Source: an uncultured bacterium (GTDB taxonomy: Bacteria > Acidobacteriota > Thermoanaerobaculia > Multivoradales > JAHZIX01). From it: 64,000 bases of DNA. Under the pieces are notes generated by a model, which worked only from the letters and a program-made list of their open reading frames with translations, had not been told where the DNA came from and made no database searches. Of this stretch, positions 1-10,867 are shown piece after piece; the stretch's first letter is position 1; every line of letters starts with the position of its first letter. The stretch is taken from contig CBDUPA010000011.1 in NCBI GenBank assembly GCA_965368975.1, positions 160,001 to 224,000 on the forward strand, given 5' to 3'. The translations under genes and the position numbers were made by a program.

Positions 1-57
1 AAGTCCCCGAGAAACAGTCCCTCGTGCTGTTTGGGAAGTCACTTGGAGAAACCCTAC

Positions 58-2373
58 ATGCAACCGCTTCACGCCCTGCTGCAAGGGCTCATAGACTACG
101 CTGGTCTGTTTCCGCCGGCCCGGCTGGACATGGAAGCGACCGTCCACAACTACGCTGCCTACAGCCGTGGTCCGCGCGCGTGGATGCTGGGACGCTTGAT
201 TGTGCCGGTCGCGCGTCTGGAGGAGTTCGAGGCTGCCGCGGCAGAGCTGTTGCCGGGGCCCACCGAGGTACCTTGGCGTCTCAGTGTGCTGCCTACGTCC
301 GACCTACGCGCCTCGCGCGAAGCGATTCGCGCTTTCGGTGAGCGTCACCGCCATGGCGTGTTGATCGATGCGGTCGAGCTACTGGCGCCCGACCCTGAGC
401 GCATTCGCGAGGCTCTGGAGGTCTTGCCGCGCGATTTGCAGCTCTTCTTCGAGCTATCGTTGGACAGCGAGCGCGATTGGCCCGCGTTGCTAGACGCTCT
501 CCGGCAAGCTCGCTCCGAGACGAGCGGAGCCGGGCTGGGGGGCGAACGGGTGCACGCCAAAGCACGCACTGGTGGCGTCACCGAGGACGCGCTGCCCTCC
601 TCAGCGAAGGTGGCGCGTTTTCTGCTGGCGGTCCACCGAGCGGGCGTCCCTTTCAAGGCGACGGCTGGCCTGCACCACGCTCTGCGTGGCAAGTACAGGC
701 TGACCTACGAGCCGGACAGCCCTCACGGCACCATGCACGGCTTTCTCAATCTCTTCCTTGCCGCCCTCCTGATCCGGGCCGGTAAGCTGCAGACCGAGGA
801 CGCGGCCGTGAGCCTGCTCGAAACGCGGGACGCCGAAGGCCTGGAACTGACAGCCGAGGGTCTGAGCTGGAACGGCTTGCAGCTGAGCAACGCCGACCTG
901 GAGGCCGGTCGTGGTGCTTTCGCCATTTCCTACGGCTCCTGCTCCTTCGAGGAGCCACTCGACGATTTGGAACATCTCAACTTGCTTATCGGAGGTCCCG
1001 TGGAATCCTCTTCTTCCGCCACACATGCCAGTGAACAGTCCCGGCTCGATGCGAGCCATGACGCCGCCCGCCGCAGCTGGGTCGAGAGTGCCAACGCGCC
1101 CGGTACCGACTTTCCGCTGCAGAATCTGCCGTTCGGCGTCTTTCGTCACGACGATGGGCCGGTGCCGCACATCGGCGTGGCGATCGGGGACCAGGTGCTG
1201 GATCTGCAAGTCTGTTTCCGCCTCGGGCTGTTCGAGGGCCTACCGGCAGCGCGCGCGGTCGACGGCTACACCAGCCTCAACTTCCTGATGAGCCTGCCGC
1301 GCGAAGAGCGCCTGCCGCTGCGGCACCGCTTGTTCGAGTTGCTCGCCACCGATGCCACACCGCAGCTGCGCGACACAGTTGCCCGCGCGCTCTACCCGCT
1401 GGCCGAGGTCGAGCTGGTGATGCCGGTGCAGATCGGTGACTACACCGACTTCTATGCTTCCGTGCACCATGCGACCAACGTCGGCTCGATGTTCCGGCCC
1501 GACAATCCGCTGTTGCCCAACTACAAGTACATCCCGGTCGGCTACCACGGCCGCGCCTCGTCGGTCGTGGTCAGTGGCACCCCCGTGCGGCGCCCATTGG
1601 GGCAGCGCCGTCCCGATCCGGACGCTCCGCCCAGCTTCGGTCCCAGCCGGCTACTCGACTATGAGCTGGAGGTTGGCCTGCTGGTTGGCCCTGGCAATGG
1701 CCGCGGCCGCTATATCGGTATCGATGGTGCCGAGGAGCACCTGTTCGGCCTCACGCTGGTCAACGATTGGTCAGCCCGCGACCTGCAAGCCTGGGAGTAT
1801 CAGCCGCTCGGCCCCTTCCTGGCCAAGAGCTTCGCCACCAGCATGTCCCCCTGGGTCGTCACTACCGAAGCGCTGGCGCCCTTCCGTGTATCGGCATTCG
1901 AGCGTCCCGAGGGGGATCCGGCGCCACTGCAGCACTTGCACAGCGAGCACGACCAGCAGGCCGGTGCCTTCGACGTCCAGCTCGAGGTCTACCTGCTCAC
2001 TCCGCGCATGCGACAAGAGGGCCTGGACCCCGCTCGCCTCAGTCGCGGGAACTTCCGCCACATGTACTGGACCCCAGCGCAGATGATCACGCACCACACT
2101 TCCAACGGCTGCAACCTGCAGGCCGGTGACCTGCTGGCCAGCGGTACCGTCTCGGGCCCGGACAAGGACAGCCGTGGCTGCCTGTTGGAATTGACCTGGC
2201 GTGGCAAAGAGCCGATCCAGCTACCCAACGGTGAAGAGCGCAAGTTCCTACAGGACGGTGACGAGCTGATCCTGCGTGGCTATTGCGAGCGCGAAGGTTT
2301 CACGCGCATCGGCTTCGGTGAATGTCGAGGGAAAGTCGAGGCGGCTCCCCAGCATCCCCACTCGGAGAATTGA
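58..2373 (+). CDS. fahA: Fumarylacetoacetase with ~310-aa N-terminal uncharacterised domain (fusion)
   Basis: C-terminal part has FAH motifs (FPLQNLPFG, GDYTDFYAS, YHGRASS, LDYELE, NDWSARDLQAWEYQPLGPF). N-terminal part has LIDYAGLFPPA, FKATAGLHH and YGSCSFEEP. ATG 58 follows GGAGA. Confidence 0.9.
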   Translation: MQPLHALLQGLIDYAGLFPPARLDMEATVHNYAAYSRGPRAWMLGRLIVPVARLEEFEAAAAELLPGPTEVPWRLSVLPTSDLRASREAIRAFGERHRHGVLIDAVELLAPDPERIREALEVLPRDLQLFFELSLDSERDWPALLDALRQARSETSGAGLGGERVHAKARTGGVTEDALPSSAKVARFLLAVHRAGVPFKATAGLHHALRGKYRLTYEPDSPHGTMHGFLNLFLAALLIRAGKLQTEDAAVSLLETRDAEGLELTAEGLSWNGLQLSNADLEAGRGAFAISYGSCSFEEPLDDLEHLNLLIGGPVESSSSATHASEQSRLDASHDAARRSWVESANAPGTDFPLQNLPFGVFRHDDGPVPHIGVAIGDQVLDLQVCFRLGLFEGLPAARAVDGYTSLNFLMSLPREERLPLRHRLFELLATDATPQLRDTVARALYPLAEVELVMPVQIGDYTDFYASVHHATNVGSMFRPDNPLLPNYKYIPVGYHGRASSVVVSGTPVRRPLGQRRPDPDAPPSFGPSRLLDYELEVGLLVGPGNGRGRYIGIDGAEEHLFGLTLVNDWSARDLQAWEYQPLGPFLAKSFATSMSPWVVTTEALAPFRVSAFERPEGDPAPLQHLHSEHDQQAGAFDVQLEVYLLTPRMRQEGLDPARLSRGNFRHMYWTPAQMITHHTSNGCNLQAGDLLASGTVSGPDKDSRGCLLELTWRGKEPIQLPNGEERKFLQDGDELILRGYCEREGFTRIGFGECRGKVEAAPQHPHSEN

Positions 2374-2418
2374 GATGGATGCGGCTGACGCCCCGGGTGG
2401 TGGGAGCTTCTCGCAGAT

Positions 2419-3183
2419 CTACCCCATCTTGCCGAGCACCCACTCGGCCCAGGAGCGGGGTAAGCGATAGAGAAAGCCCACCAGCCCCCAGCGCCACTGC
2501 CAAGGGAACACCACCTCCGCCTTGCGCTTGGCAATCGAGTCGGCGATCACGCGCACGGCCTTGTCTGTGGGCCACAGGAACGGCGTCTTGAAACTGAGAT
2601 CCTCGGTCATCTCGCTCTCGATGAAGCCCGGGCAGATCGTCGTTACCGCGACATTCCTTCTCTTGTAGGTACCCCGCAGTGCCTGCAGGTGCACGCGCAT
2701 CGCCGCCTTGGAACCGCAATACGATGTGAAGTTGGGCATGCCGAGGTACGAGGCCACGGAGGCGACGCCGACAATGTGGCCGGATCGGCGCTCGGCGAAG
2801 CGTGGCAAGGCCCAGTCCACCGTGTGGACGAAGCCCATGAGGTTGACGTCGTAGATCTTGGCCGCGCGTCCCGAGGTGAACTTGCGGGCGGTTTCCAGGC
2901 GGCTGAAGCCGGCGTTGGCGATGACGATATCGACGCCGCCCAGCTCCTGGTCGAGCTGGTCCATGGCCGCGTGCAGACCGGCCTCGTCGCTCACATCCGC
3001 CGCTGCCCAGGCGGCCGTGCCGCCCTCGCTCCGGATGGCTTCGGTCGCTTCCCGCAGCCGGTCTTCCCGCCGCGCCAGCAGGCCGACCTTGGCGCCGCGG
3101 CGCGCCAGTTCACGACCCAACTCGGCACCGATACCGGACGAGCCGCCCGTGATCAGGACGACCTTGCCGTCGTAGTACCCCAT
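2419..3183 (-). CDS. Short-chain dehydrogenase/reductase
   Basis: TGGSSGIG, NAG and YCGSK motifs. Confidence 0.92.
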   Translation of the reverse strand: MGYYDGKVVLITGGSSGIGAELGRELARRGAKVGLLARREDRLREATEAIRSEGGTAAWAAADVSDEAGLHAAMDQLDQELGGVDIVIANAGFSRLETARKFTSGRAAKIYDVNLMGFVHTVDWALPRFAERRSGHIVGVASVASYLGMPNFTSYCGSKAAMRVHLQALRGTYKRRNVAVTTICPGFIESEMTEDLSFKTPFLWPTDKAVRVIADSIAKRKAEVVFPWQWRWGLVGFLYRLPRSWAEWVLGKMG

Positions 3184-3193
3184 CTCGCGGGGC

Positions 3194-3589
3194 TCAGCTG
3201 TCGGCCGCAGCTTCGCGGCGCTTGCGGATCTGGATGAACGAGTTGATGCACAGAGCGACGAACACCACCGACAGCACAGCCATCACGGACTGCGAGATCA
3301 CCGCCGCGGGACGTTCCATTTCGGTGCCGGTGAGCATCGAGATGCCCTTGAGCAAGCCCTTGGCGGTGCCGAAGATGCCAAGCAAGCCCAGCATCGCCGC
3401 CGCGTGCATGGCATGGCGCATCAGGTGTTCCTTGAGGGCGATCAGGCCGCAGATCAGGAGCGCGATGCCGAAGAAGGCGGGGATCAGGGCGGTGACGCTC
3501 TGCTGTCCGGTCGCGTAGTAGCCGATGGCGCCCAGCAGGACTAGCAGCAGGGCGTAGACGATGGTGACTTGAGGCATGCGGTCGGTCAT
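3194..3589 (-). CDS. Small 4-TM membrane protein (TMEM14-like)
   Basis: Four hydrophobic segments, SVTALIPAFFG, GGAG SD upstream. Confidence 0.7.
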   Translation of the reverse strand: MTDRMPQVTIVYALLLVLLGAIGYYATGQQSVTALIPAFFGIALLICGLIALKEHLMRHAMHAAAMLGLLGIFGTAKGLLKGISMLTGTEMERPAAVISQSVMAVLSVVFVALCINSFIQIRKRREAAADS

Positions 3590-3644
3590 GGGGATCTATC
3601 TCCTCGGAAGGGGTGTTTCTGCGATGAGGCCCATCTTATCCGGC

Positions 3645-5462
<1,818 letters not shown>

Positions 5463-5525
5463 GGTTTTGTGGGCCTTCGGTTACAGGGATTGTAGGGTGA
5501 TCAGCAAGCAGACTGGACTCCCCAT

Positions 5526-5789
5526 CTATTTGTCGTTGAACTTTTCGAAGGAAGGCTCGCCACTCTGCGGCTCAGACTCAGCCGTTGCATCTCGGTTTAT
5601 TAGATGCTCGACAGAGCGCCGATCCTCTGGATCCAGTTGATCGATGTAGACAGGCAAGGCCTGCCGAATGACCTTTCCGTAATCCCAATCGAACCATTGA
5701 GCTATGGCCTTAAGTTGCTTGTGTGCCGGTGGGCTGAGAGAGATTGTTGTTCGACCGTTCTTGGGATACTCGCCTCTTGGGTAGCGCAT
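5526..5789 (-). CDS. Putative ribbon-helix-helix DNA-binding protein
   Basis: RTTISLS strand followed by two helices (HKQLKAIA; GKVIRQAL); divergent from 5971 ORF. Confidence 0.5.
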   Translation of the reverse strand: MRYPRGEYPKNGRTTISLSPPAHKQLKAIAQWFDWDYGKVIRQALPVYIDQLDPEDRRSVEHLINRDATAESEPQSGEPSFEKFNDK

Positions 5790-5970
5790 GGCTACTCATT
5801 GTACCCGCAACCGCTGACCCAGTTCATGCTTAAAATGCTTGAGATGTTTTGGAAGCTTGAAACGCTTGGCGCGTGATTGGCGACGCTATTGTAGGGGCCA
5901 TTGGGGACGACATTGATACGGCGCGTTAGTTGTAGTATCGTGGCGAAGTCAACTTGATGGAGGATTCCAG

Positions 5971-6507
5971 ATGGGCTTTGAGACATTCGATCGGACCACT
6001 GCCAGCAGGACTACTGAGCCAACCCTGACTGTTCAGCGGAAGGGCGTGATTAGTCTTAGCGGACCTGCCATGCGATTGCTTATGGGTGACGACGTAGAGA
6101 TCCCCCGGGTCATCAAGATAGATCTTCTCTATGATCCCGAGAATAAGATCGTCGGAATTCGACAGGCAGCCCCAAATGCCATGAACCCGCATCTACTTCG
6201 GCAGCAGCGAGGCTCCGAGGTGTACCTTGTCTCTGGCCGACTGTTTGTTCAGCACTATGGGATTGATGCTGCGGTCGCACGCCGCTATCGGGCTAAGAAC
6301 TACGGTCATGGCATTGTTGGTGCCTGCTTAGCTGACCCGTGCGTCCGTGTAGGCAGGAAATATAAGCCGCGATCCAAGACCCGAGACGAAGAGAGCGGAG
6401 ATGAACACTGGAACGCATCCCATGCAACCACCTCGGCTGAGAGTGTAGACATCGGACCGAGTGAATCTTCCAATAGCCAAAGAAGTTTTGAGCCACTCCA
6501 TGACTGA
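5971..6507 (+). CDS. Hypothetical protein (possible AbrB-like N-terminus)
   Basis: GGAGG SD, 178-aa ORF, PTLTVQRKGVISLS...LLYDPE. Confidence 0.6.
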   Translation: MGFETFDRTTASRTTEPTLTVQRKGVISLSGPAMRLLMGDDVEIPRVIKIDLLYDPENKIVGIRQAAPNAMNPHLLRQQRGSEVYLVSGRLFVQHYGIDAAVARRYRAKNYGHGIVGACLADPCVRVGRKYKPRSKTRDEESGDEHWNASHATTSAESVDIGPSESSNSQRSFEPLHD

Positions 6508-6733
6508 ACCTTGGAGGGAACAATGCCTTTAGTCTCTGCGGCTCCTCATGTGGCGGCGGTGAGGAGCCGGTAGAAAGGAAAGCCCGTGTTCTGGCAGCTT
6601 GAAGGGTACCAAGAACACGGGCTAAGTCGCACTGGTCATAACCCTGGGGGGTTCATACAGTGCTCTAGCACCGTACCACTGAATCCCCTTTAGTCTCAAC
6701 ACCTATGCCGCGCAGTGCGCGGAAGGGGAAACT

Positions 6734-6910
6734 ATGGAATACAGAAAGCGTATTGGATCTGATACTTGGCACTTCTGCAAGAACTGCTCGAGCTGGCCAG
6801 TTGGGCGTCCAGGAATCGACTACATTTCTCGTAGTACAAGGCCGACTTCGGGAGAGTTCGATAACGAGTGTCAGGCTAAGTCAAGTGCTGGGGTCTGCAA
6901 GCACGGCTAA
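6734..6910 (+). CDS. 58-aa Cys/His-containing small protein (MEYRKRIGSDTWHFCKNCSSWP...NECQAK...VCKHG), not in ORF track
   Basis: Manual translation; GGAAGGGG SD; HxCxxC...C...C pattern. Confidence 0.6.
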   Translation: MEYRKRIGSDTWHFCKNCSSWPVGRPGIDYISRSTRPTSGEFDNECQAKSSAGVCKHG

Positions 6911-6962
6911 CGAGGTCGTGATCTGTTGAGCGGTAGTATGCATGTAGCACCTCCGCTAGGTT

Positions 6963-6998
6963 GAGCAGGGCGGGTCAGGGCCCTGGCCCGCTCTGCTG
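6963..6998 (+). terminator. GC-rich hairpin downstream of the 58-aa ORF
   Basis: agcagggcgggtcagg...cctggcccgctctgct imperfect inverted repeat; no clear U-tract. Confidence 0.4.
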
Positions 6999-7424
6999 CT
7001 AGATGCACACCCTGTGCGGCTGCTGCACTGGGCGCGGCAAGAGCTGCCTTGTCCTGGTATTTGAATCTCTCGCAAAGGGCGCTTCTAAGCGCGCAGAGCG
7101 TAGGTCAGAGCGCTGACTGGCCTTATGGTCTAGGTCGGCAGCAAGGGCTTGATCTTTGCGCTCGGCCCTATTCCTCGCGCCCAGCCTTAGAGTACGTATT
7201 GACCCAAGTGCGCCTACAGACGCGCTCCAGACTTGTGGGTTCTCTACGTGCTCTAACAGCAGAGCTACCATTCGCAGAGTCGAGACCTGCTCAGGGGGGG
7301 CTCGAGAGAGGGCGAGTTGCCTCCGTTCGTGGTTTAGATGCTCTGAGTTTCTAGAATGGGTGGTACATGACGGGCGGGCAACTGTTGGGTATACAATGAG
7401 CTAGAAGATTAGAAGAGACAACTT

Positions 7425-7694
7425 ATGAGCACCCTGACCATCGAATACCCATCCGAGATCCTTTGGGCCTTGCAGCAAGAGCCTGAGGAGTTCCGTGAAC
7501 AAGCGCGGCTCATGCTCGCCCTGAAGCTCTACGAGACCGGCAAGCTTTCCACGGGCTTGGCTGCCAAGCTCGCGGGGGTACCGCGAGTCACATTCCTCTT
7601 CCTCCTGGGGCAACACGGCCTGTCCCCTTTCTCGGAAGAGCCTTCCGAGCTAACCCAGGACCTGGAAGATGCCCGTAGGGTCAGTCAGCCGTAA
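7425..7694 (+). CDS. UPF0175 family antitoxin
   Basis: LALKLYETGKLSTGLAAKLAGV..FLFLL signature. Confidence 0.88.
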   Translation: MSTLTIEYPSEILWALQQEPEEFREQARLMLALKLYETGKLSTGLAAKLAGVPRVTFLFLLGQHGLSPFSEEPSELTQDLEDARRVSQP

Positions 7695-8184
7695 GCCAGT
7701 CATCAGCAACAACACACCGCTGGTGGCGTTGTGGGTGCTGCGCCGCCTAGATCTCTTACGCGACCTCTACGGCACAGTACTCATTCCAGCTGCGGTTCAT
7801 TCCGAGTTTGTCGCCACCGAATCACAGGTCCGGCAGGCTGCTCTCGATCAGGCTTCTTGGATCGAGATCCGCGAGCTGAAGTACCCGAGACGGATTCTCG
7901 CTTACACGGGCCTGGATGAGGGAGAAGCGGCAGTCTTGGCTTTGGCCGAGGAAGTTGATGCCGGTCTGGTTCTGCTAGACGAACGGAAGGCTCGACGATT
8001 TGCTCGGCGTCTTGAGCTCCCGATAACCGGCACGGTCGGCATCCTCCTGCTGGGCAAGGAGAGAGGCAAGATTCACTCGGTAGGACATTGCCTTGCCGCT
8101 CTGGATGAAGCTGGCCTGCACTTGGGACGAGAGCTTGTGCACGAAGCGCTTCGGCTCGCTGGGGAAGCAGACTTGGACGCCTGA
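7669..8184 (+). CDS. DUF3368 / PIN-domain toxin (VapC-like)
   Basis: VISNNTPL, LDEGEAAVLALA, LLDERKAR, GTVGIL; overlaps antitoxin. Confidence 0.88.
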   Translation: MPVGSVSRKPVISNNTPLVALWVLRRLDLLRDLYGTVLIPAAVHSEFVATESQVRQAALDQASWIEIRELKYPRRILAYTGLDEGEAAVLALAEEVDAGLVLLDERKARRFARRLELPITGTVGILLLGKERGKIHSVGHCLAALDEAGLHLGRELVHEALRLAGEADLDA

Positions 8185-8300
8185 TCGGCAGCCAGCGTCG
8201 GATTTCCCCTGTCCCCCTCCCCGTTGTAAACTCGACCCCTCACCACGCTGCCAGCCGGCGGCAGTCTCCCCGAACAAGACGGGCAGGAAAAGGACGCGCG

Positions 8301-9575
8301 ATGAACGCATACCAGGAGTTTGCATGGAGAGGTCTGGTCTACGACGCCACCGAAGGCTTGGAAGAAGCCATCACGAGCGGTGAGATGCGGACGTTCTATG
8401 TGGGCTTTGATCCGACAGCCGCGAGTTTGCATGTCGGCAACCTGCAGCCAATGATGGCGATGGCGCGCTTGCAGCGGGCGGGACATCGGCCCCTGGGGCT
8501 GGTCGGCGGCGCGACCGGAATGGTGGGGGATCCAAGTGGTAAGAGCAAGGAGCGCGTGCTGCTCGACCGCGACAGGATCGAGGAAAACCTCGCGGGGATT
8601 CGCGGGCAGATCGAAGCTATCCTGGACTTTGACTGTGGCAAGAATTCGGCCCAGATGGTCAACAATCTGGACTGGATGGGCGAGATGGGATTCATGGAGT
8701 TCCTGCGCGACGTGGGCAAGAACTTCTCGGTCAACGCGATGATGGCGAAAGAGTCGGTCAAGCGGCGCCTGGCGAGTGAGGACGGGATCTCCTACACGGA
8801 GTTCAGCTACATGCTGCTGCAGGCGTACGACTTCCTGGTGCTGCACGACCGCTACGAGTGCACCCTGCAGGCGGGTGGGAGTGACCAGTGGGGCAACATC
8901 GTGGCCGGTATCGATCTGATCCGGCGCATGCGCTCGCAGCGCGCGTATGGCATGGTGGTACCGCTGGTGACGACCTCGACGGGTGAGAAGTTCGGCAAGT
9001 CGGAAGCGGGTGCGGTGTGGCTGGACCCAGAGCTGACGTCGCCATTCCGCTTCTACCAGTTCTGGGTCAACACGGACGATCGTGACGTCGGCAAGTACCT
9101 GCGCTACTTCACATGGCTGACGCAGCCGGAAGTCGAGGAGCTCGACGCGCTGGTAGAGTCGGAGCCGCAGCGGCGCGAAGCACAGAAGCGGCTGGCCAAG
9201 GAAGTGACGGGGATGATTCACGGTGCGGACGGGTTGGCGAGTGCCGAGCGGGCGACGCAGGTGCTGTTTGGCGGCGAGATGGACGACATGCCGGTAGCCG
9301 AGTTGCTCGACGTCTTCAGCGACGTGCCTTCGACGGAACTGGCGAAGGATCGTTTCGAGGGAGACGGCATGGGTCTGATCGACGTGCTCGCCGAGACGGG
9401 CGTGGCGGCGTCGAAGGGGGAGGCCCGGCGCTCGCTGCGCGGCGGAGGCATGTACGTCAACAACCGGCGCGCGGCGGACGAACGGCAGTTCCTGACGCTG
9501 GACGACACGGTCGAAGGGCAGCTCCTGGTGCTGCGCAAGGGCAAGAAGAACTATCACCTGGTGCGGCTGGTCTGA
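8301..9575 (+). CDS. tyrS: Tyrosyl-tRNA synthetase
   Basis: YVGFDPTAASLHVGN, QAYDF, GGSDQWGNI, KFGKS, C-terminal S4. Confidence 0.98.
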   Translation: MNAYQEFAWRGLVYDATEGLEEAITSGEMRTFYVGFDPTAASLHVGNLQPMMAMARLQRAGHRPLGLVGGATGMVGDPSGKSKERVLLDRDRIEENLAGIRGQIEAILDFDCGKNSAQMVNNLDWMGEMGFMEFLRDVGKNFSVNAMMAKESVKRRLASEDGISYTEFSYMLLQAYDFLVLHDRYECTLQAGGSDQWGNIVAGIDLIRRMRSQRAYGMVVPLVTTSTGEKFGKSEAGAVWLDPELTSPFRFYQFWVNTDDRDVGKYLRYFTWLTQPEVEELDALVESEPQRREAQKRLAKEVTGMIHGADGLASAERATQVLFGGEMDDMPVAELLDVFSDVPSTELAKDRFEGDGMGLIDVLAETGVAASKGEARRSLRGGGMYVNNRRAADERQFLTLDDTVEGQLLVLRKGKKNYHLVRLV

Positions 9576-9606
9576 TTCGGACCTCCGCGCGCAGGACTCG
9601 GAGCAC

Positions 9607-10827
9607 ATGGCTATGGATGCAGGATACGAGCGGTACCAGCGCTTCTTTGAGCGCCCTCCCCAACTGGTAGTGGAGTGGCACGACTCGGAGACGGACGCGG
9701 TCGGCTGGTTGGCGATCAACTCGCTGCTCAACGGGGCGGCTGGGGGCGGCACGCGCATGAAGAAGGGCGCGACCCGCGACGAGGCTGTGTTTTTGGCCAA
9801 GACCATGGAAATCAAGTTCCGGGTTTGTGGGCCAGTGATGGGCGGAGCCAAGTCGGTGATCGACTTCGATCCTGGGGATCCGCGCAAGGAAGGCGTGCTG
9901 CGACGCTGGTTCCGCAGTATCGGGCCTTACCTGAAGTTGTGCTATGGCACGGCGGGTGACCTGGGCGTCGACGAGATCACCGAGGTCATTCCGCTGACCA
10001 CCGTCGAGCTGCAGCTGCAGCATCCGCAGGAGGGCGTGGTACGCGGCCTGGCCAGTGGCGAGGACGTGACGGTGGTACTCGAACGCATGAAGCAGGGCAT
10101 CGAGCTGGACGTACCTCTGAGCGACATGCCGAACGCGCAGTTCAAGCTGGCCGACCTGATCACCGGCTATGGTCTGGCCGCCTCGATTGACGCGTATTTC
10201 CAGCATGCTGGCGACAGCCTGCGCGGTAAGCGGGTGGCGATCGAGGGCTTCGGTGCGGTGGGTGGTTCGGGAGCCTACTATCTGCAGAAGCTGGGCGCTA
10301 CGACGGTCGCCGCGGTGACGCGAAGCCGTGACACGGGTCTGTTCCGCTGGCAGGTGGACCCACGGGGACTCGATGTGGCCGACCTGATGCAGCGGCGCGA
10401 GCTCGCCGGCCTCCCCTCGGGTAGCCCGGAGGGCGACAACGCGGATCCGTTCTGGGCCGCCGAGGCGGATGTCTTCGTGCCCGCTGCGACCTCGCACTCG
10501 CTGAACCCGGATCGCTTGGAGACCCTGCAGCGCAACGGCGTCAAGGTGATTGCCTGCGGTGCCAACAATCCCTTCGACGCCGAACTCGGGAAGACAGAGA
10601 TCCAGCGTCAGGCCGACGAGAGCTTCGCAGTCATCCCGGACTTCATCGCCAACAGCGGCATCGCTCGCGCCTTTGCCTACCTGATGACCGAAGGTGCCCG
10701 CACGGATGCCGAGGCGATCTTCGACGATGTCGACCGGCATCTGCGTGCTGCGGTGGCCAAGCTGTTGGCCGAGGGGCCGGCGGATCGGGGACTGTTGGGG
10801 CGGGCATACGGTATGTACGTGCCCTAG
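9607..10827 (+). CDS. Glu/Leu/Phe/Val dehydrogenase family protein
   Basis: GGGTRM, GGAKS, EGFGAVG, GANNP, PDFIANSG. Confidence 0.88.
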   Translation: MAMDAGYERYQRFFERPPQLVVEWHDSETDAVGWLAINSLLNGAAGGGTRMKKGATRDEAVFLAKTMEIKFRVCGPVMGGAKSVIDFDPGDPRKEGVLRRWFRSIGPYLKLCYGTAGDLGVDEITEVIPLTTVELQLQHPQEGVVRGLASGEDVTVVLERMKQGIELDVPLSDMPNAQFKLADLITGYGLAASIDAYFQHAGDSLRGKRVAIEGFGAVGGSGAYYLQKLGATTVAAVTRSRDTGLFRWQVDPRGLDVADLMQRRELAGLPSGSPEGDNADPFWAAEADVFVPAATSHSLNPDRLETLQRNGVKVIACGANNPFDAELGKTEIQRQADESFAVIPDFIANSGIARAFAYLMTEGARTDAEAIFDDVDRHLRAAVAKLLAEGPADRGLLGRAYGMYVP

Positions 10828-10867
10828 CGTTGGTCACAATATTCGCAGGCAGGGTTTTTCTGGGTCG

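Noticed and set aside
7000-7400. Odd-composition non-coding stretch in the islet
   Set aside because: No convincing ORF, repeat periodicity or recognisable RNA could be supported by eye.
8185-8300. T-box riboswitch upstream of tyrS
   Set aside because: Leader is too short and has no T-box consensus.
8073-9887. Long antisense ORFs (604 aa here; also 9457-10740, 14509-15969, 62408-63748)
   Set aside because: Shadow ORFs opposite well-supported genes in high-GC DNA.
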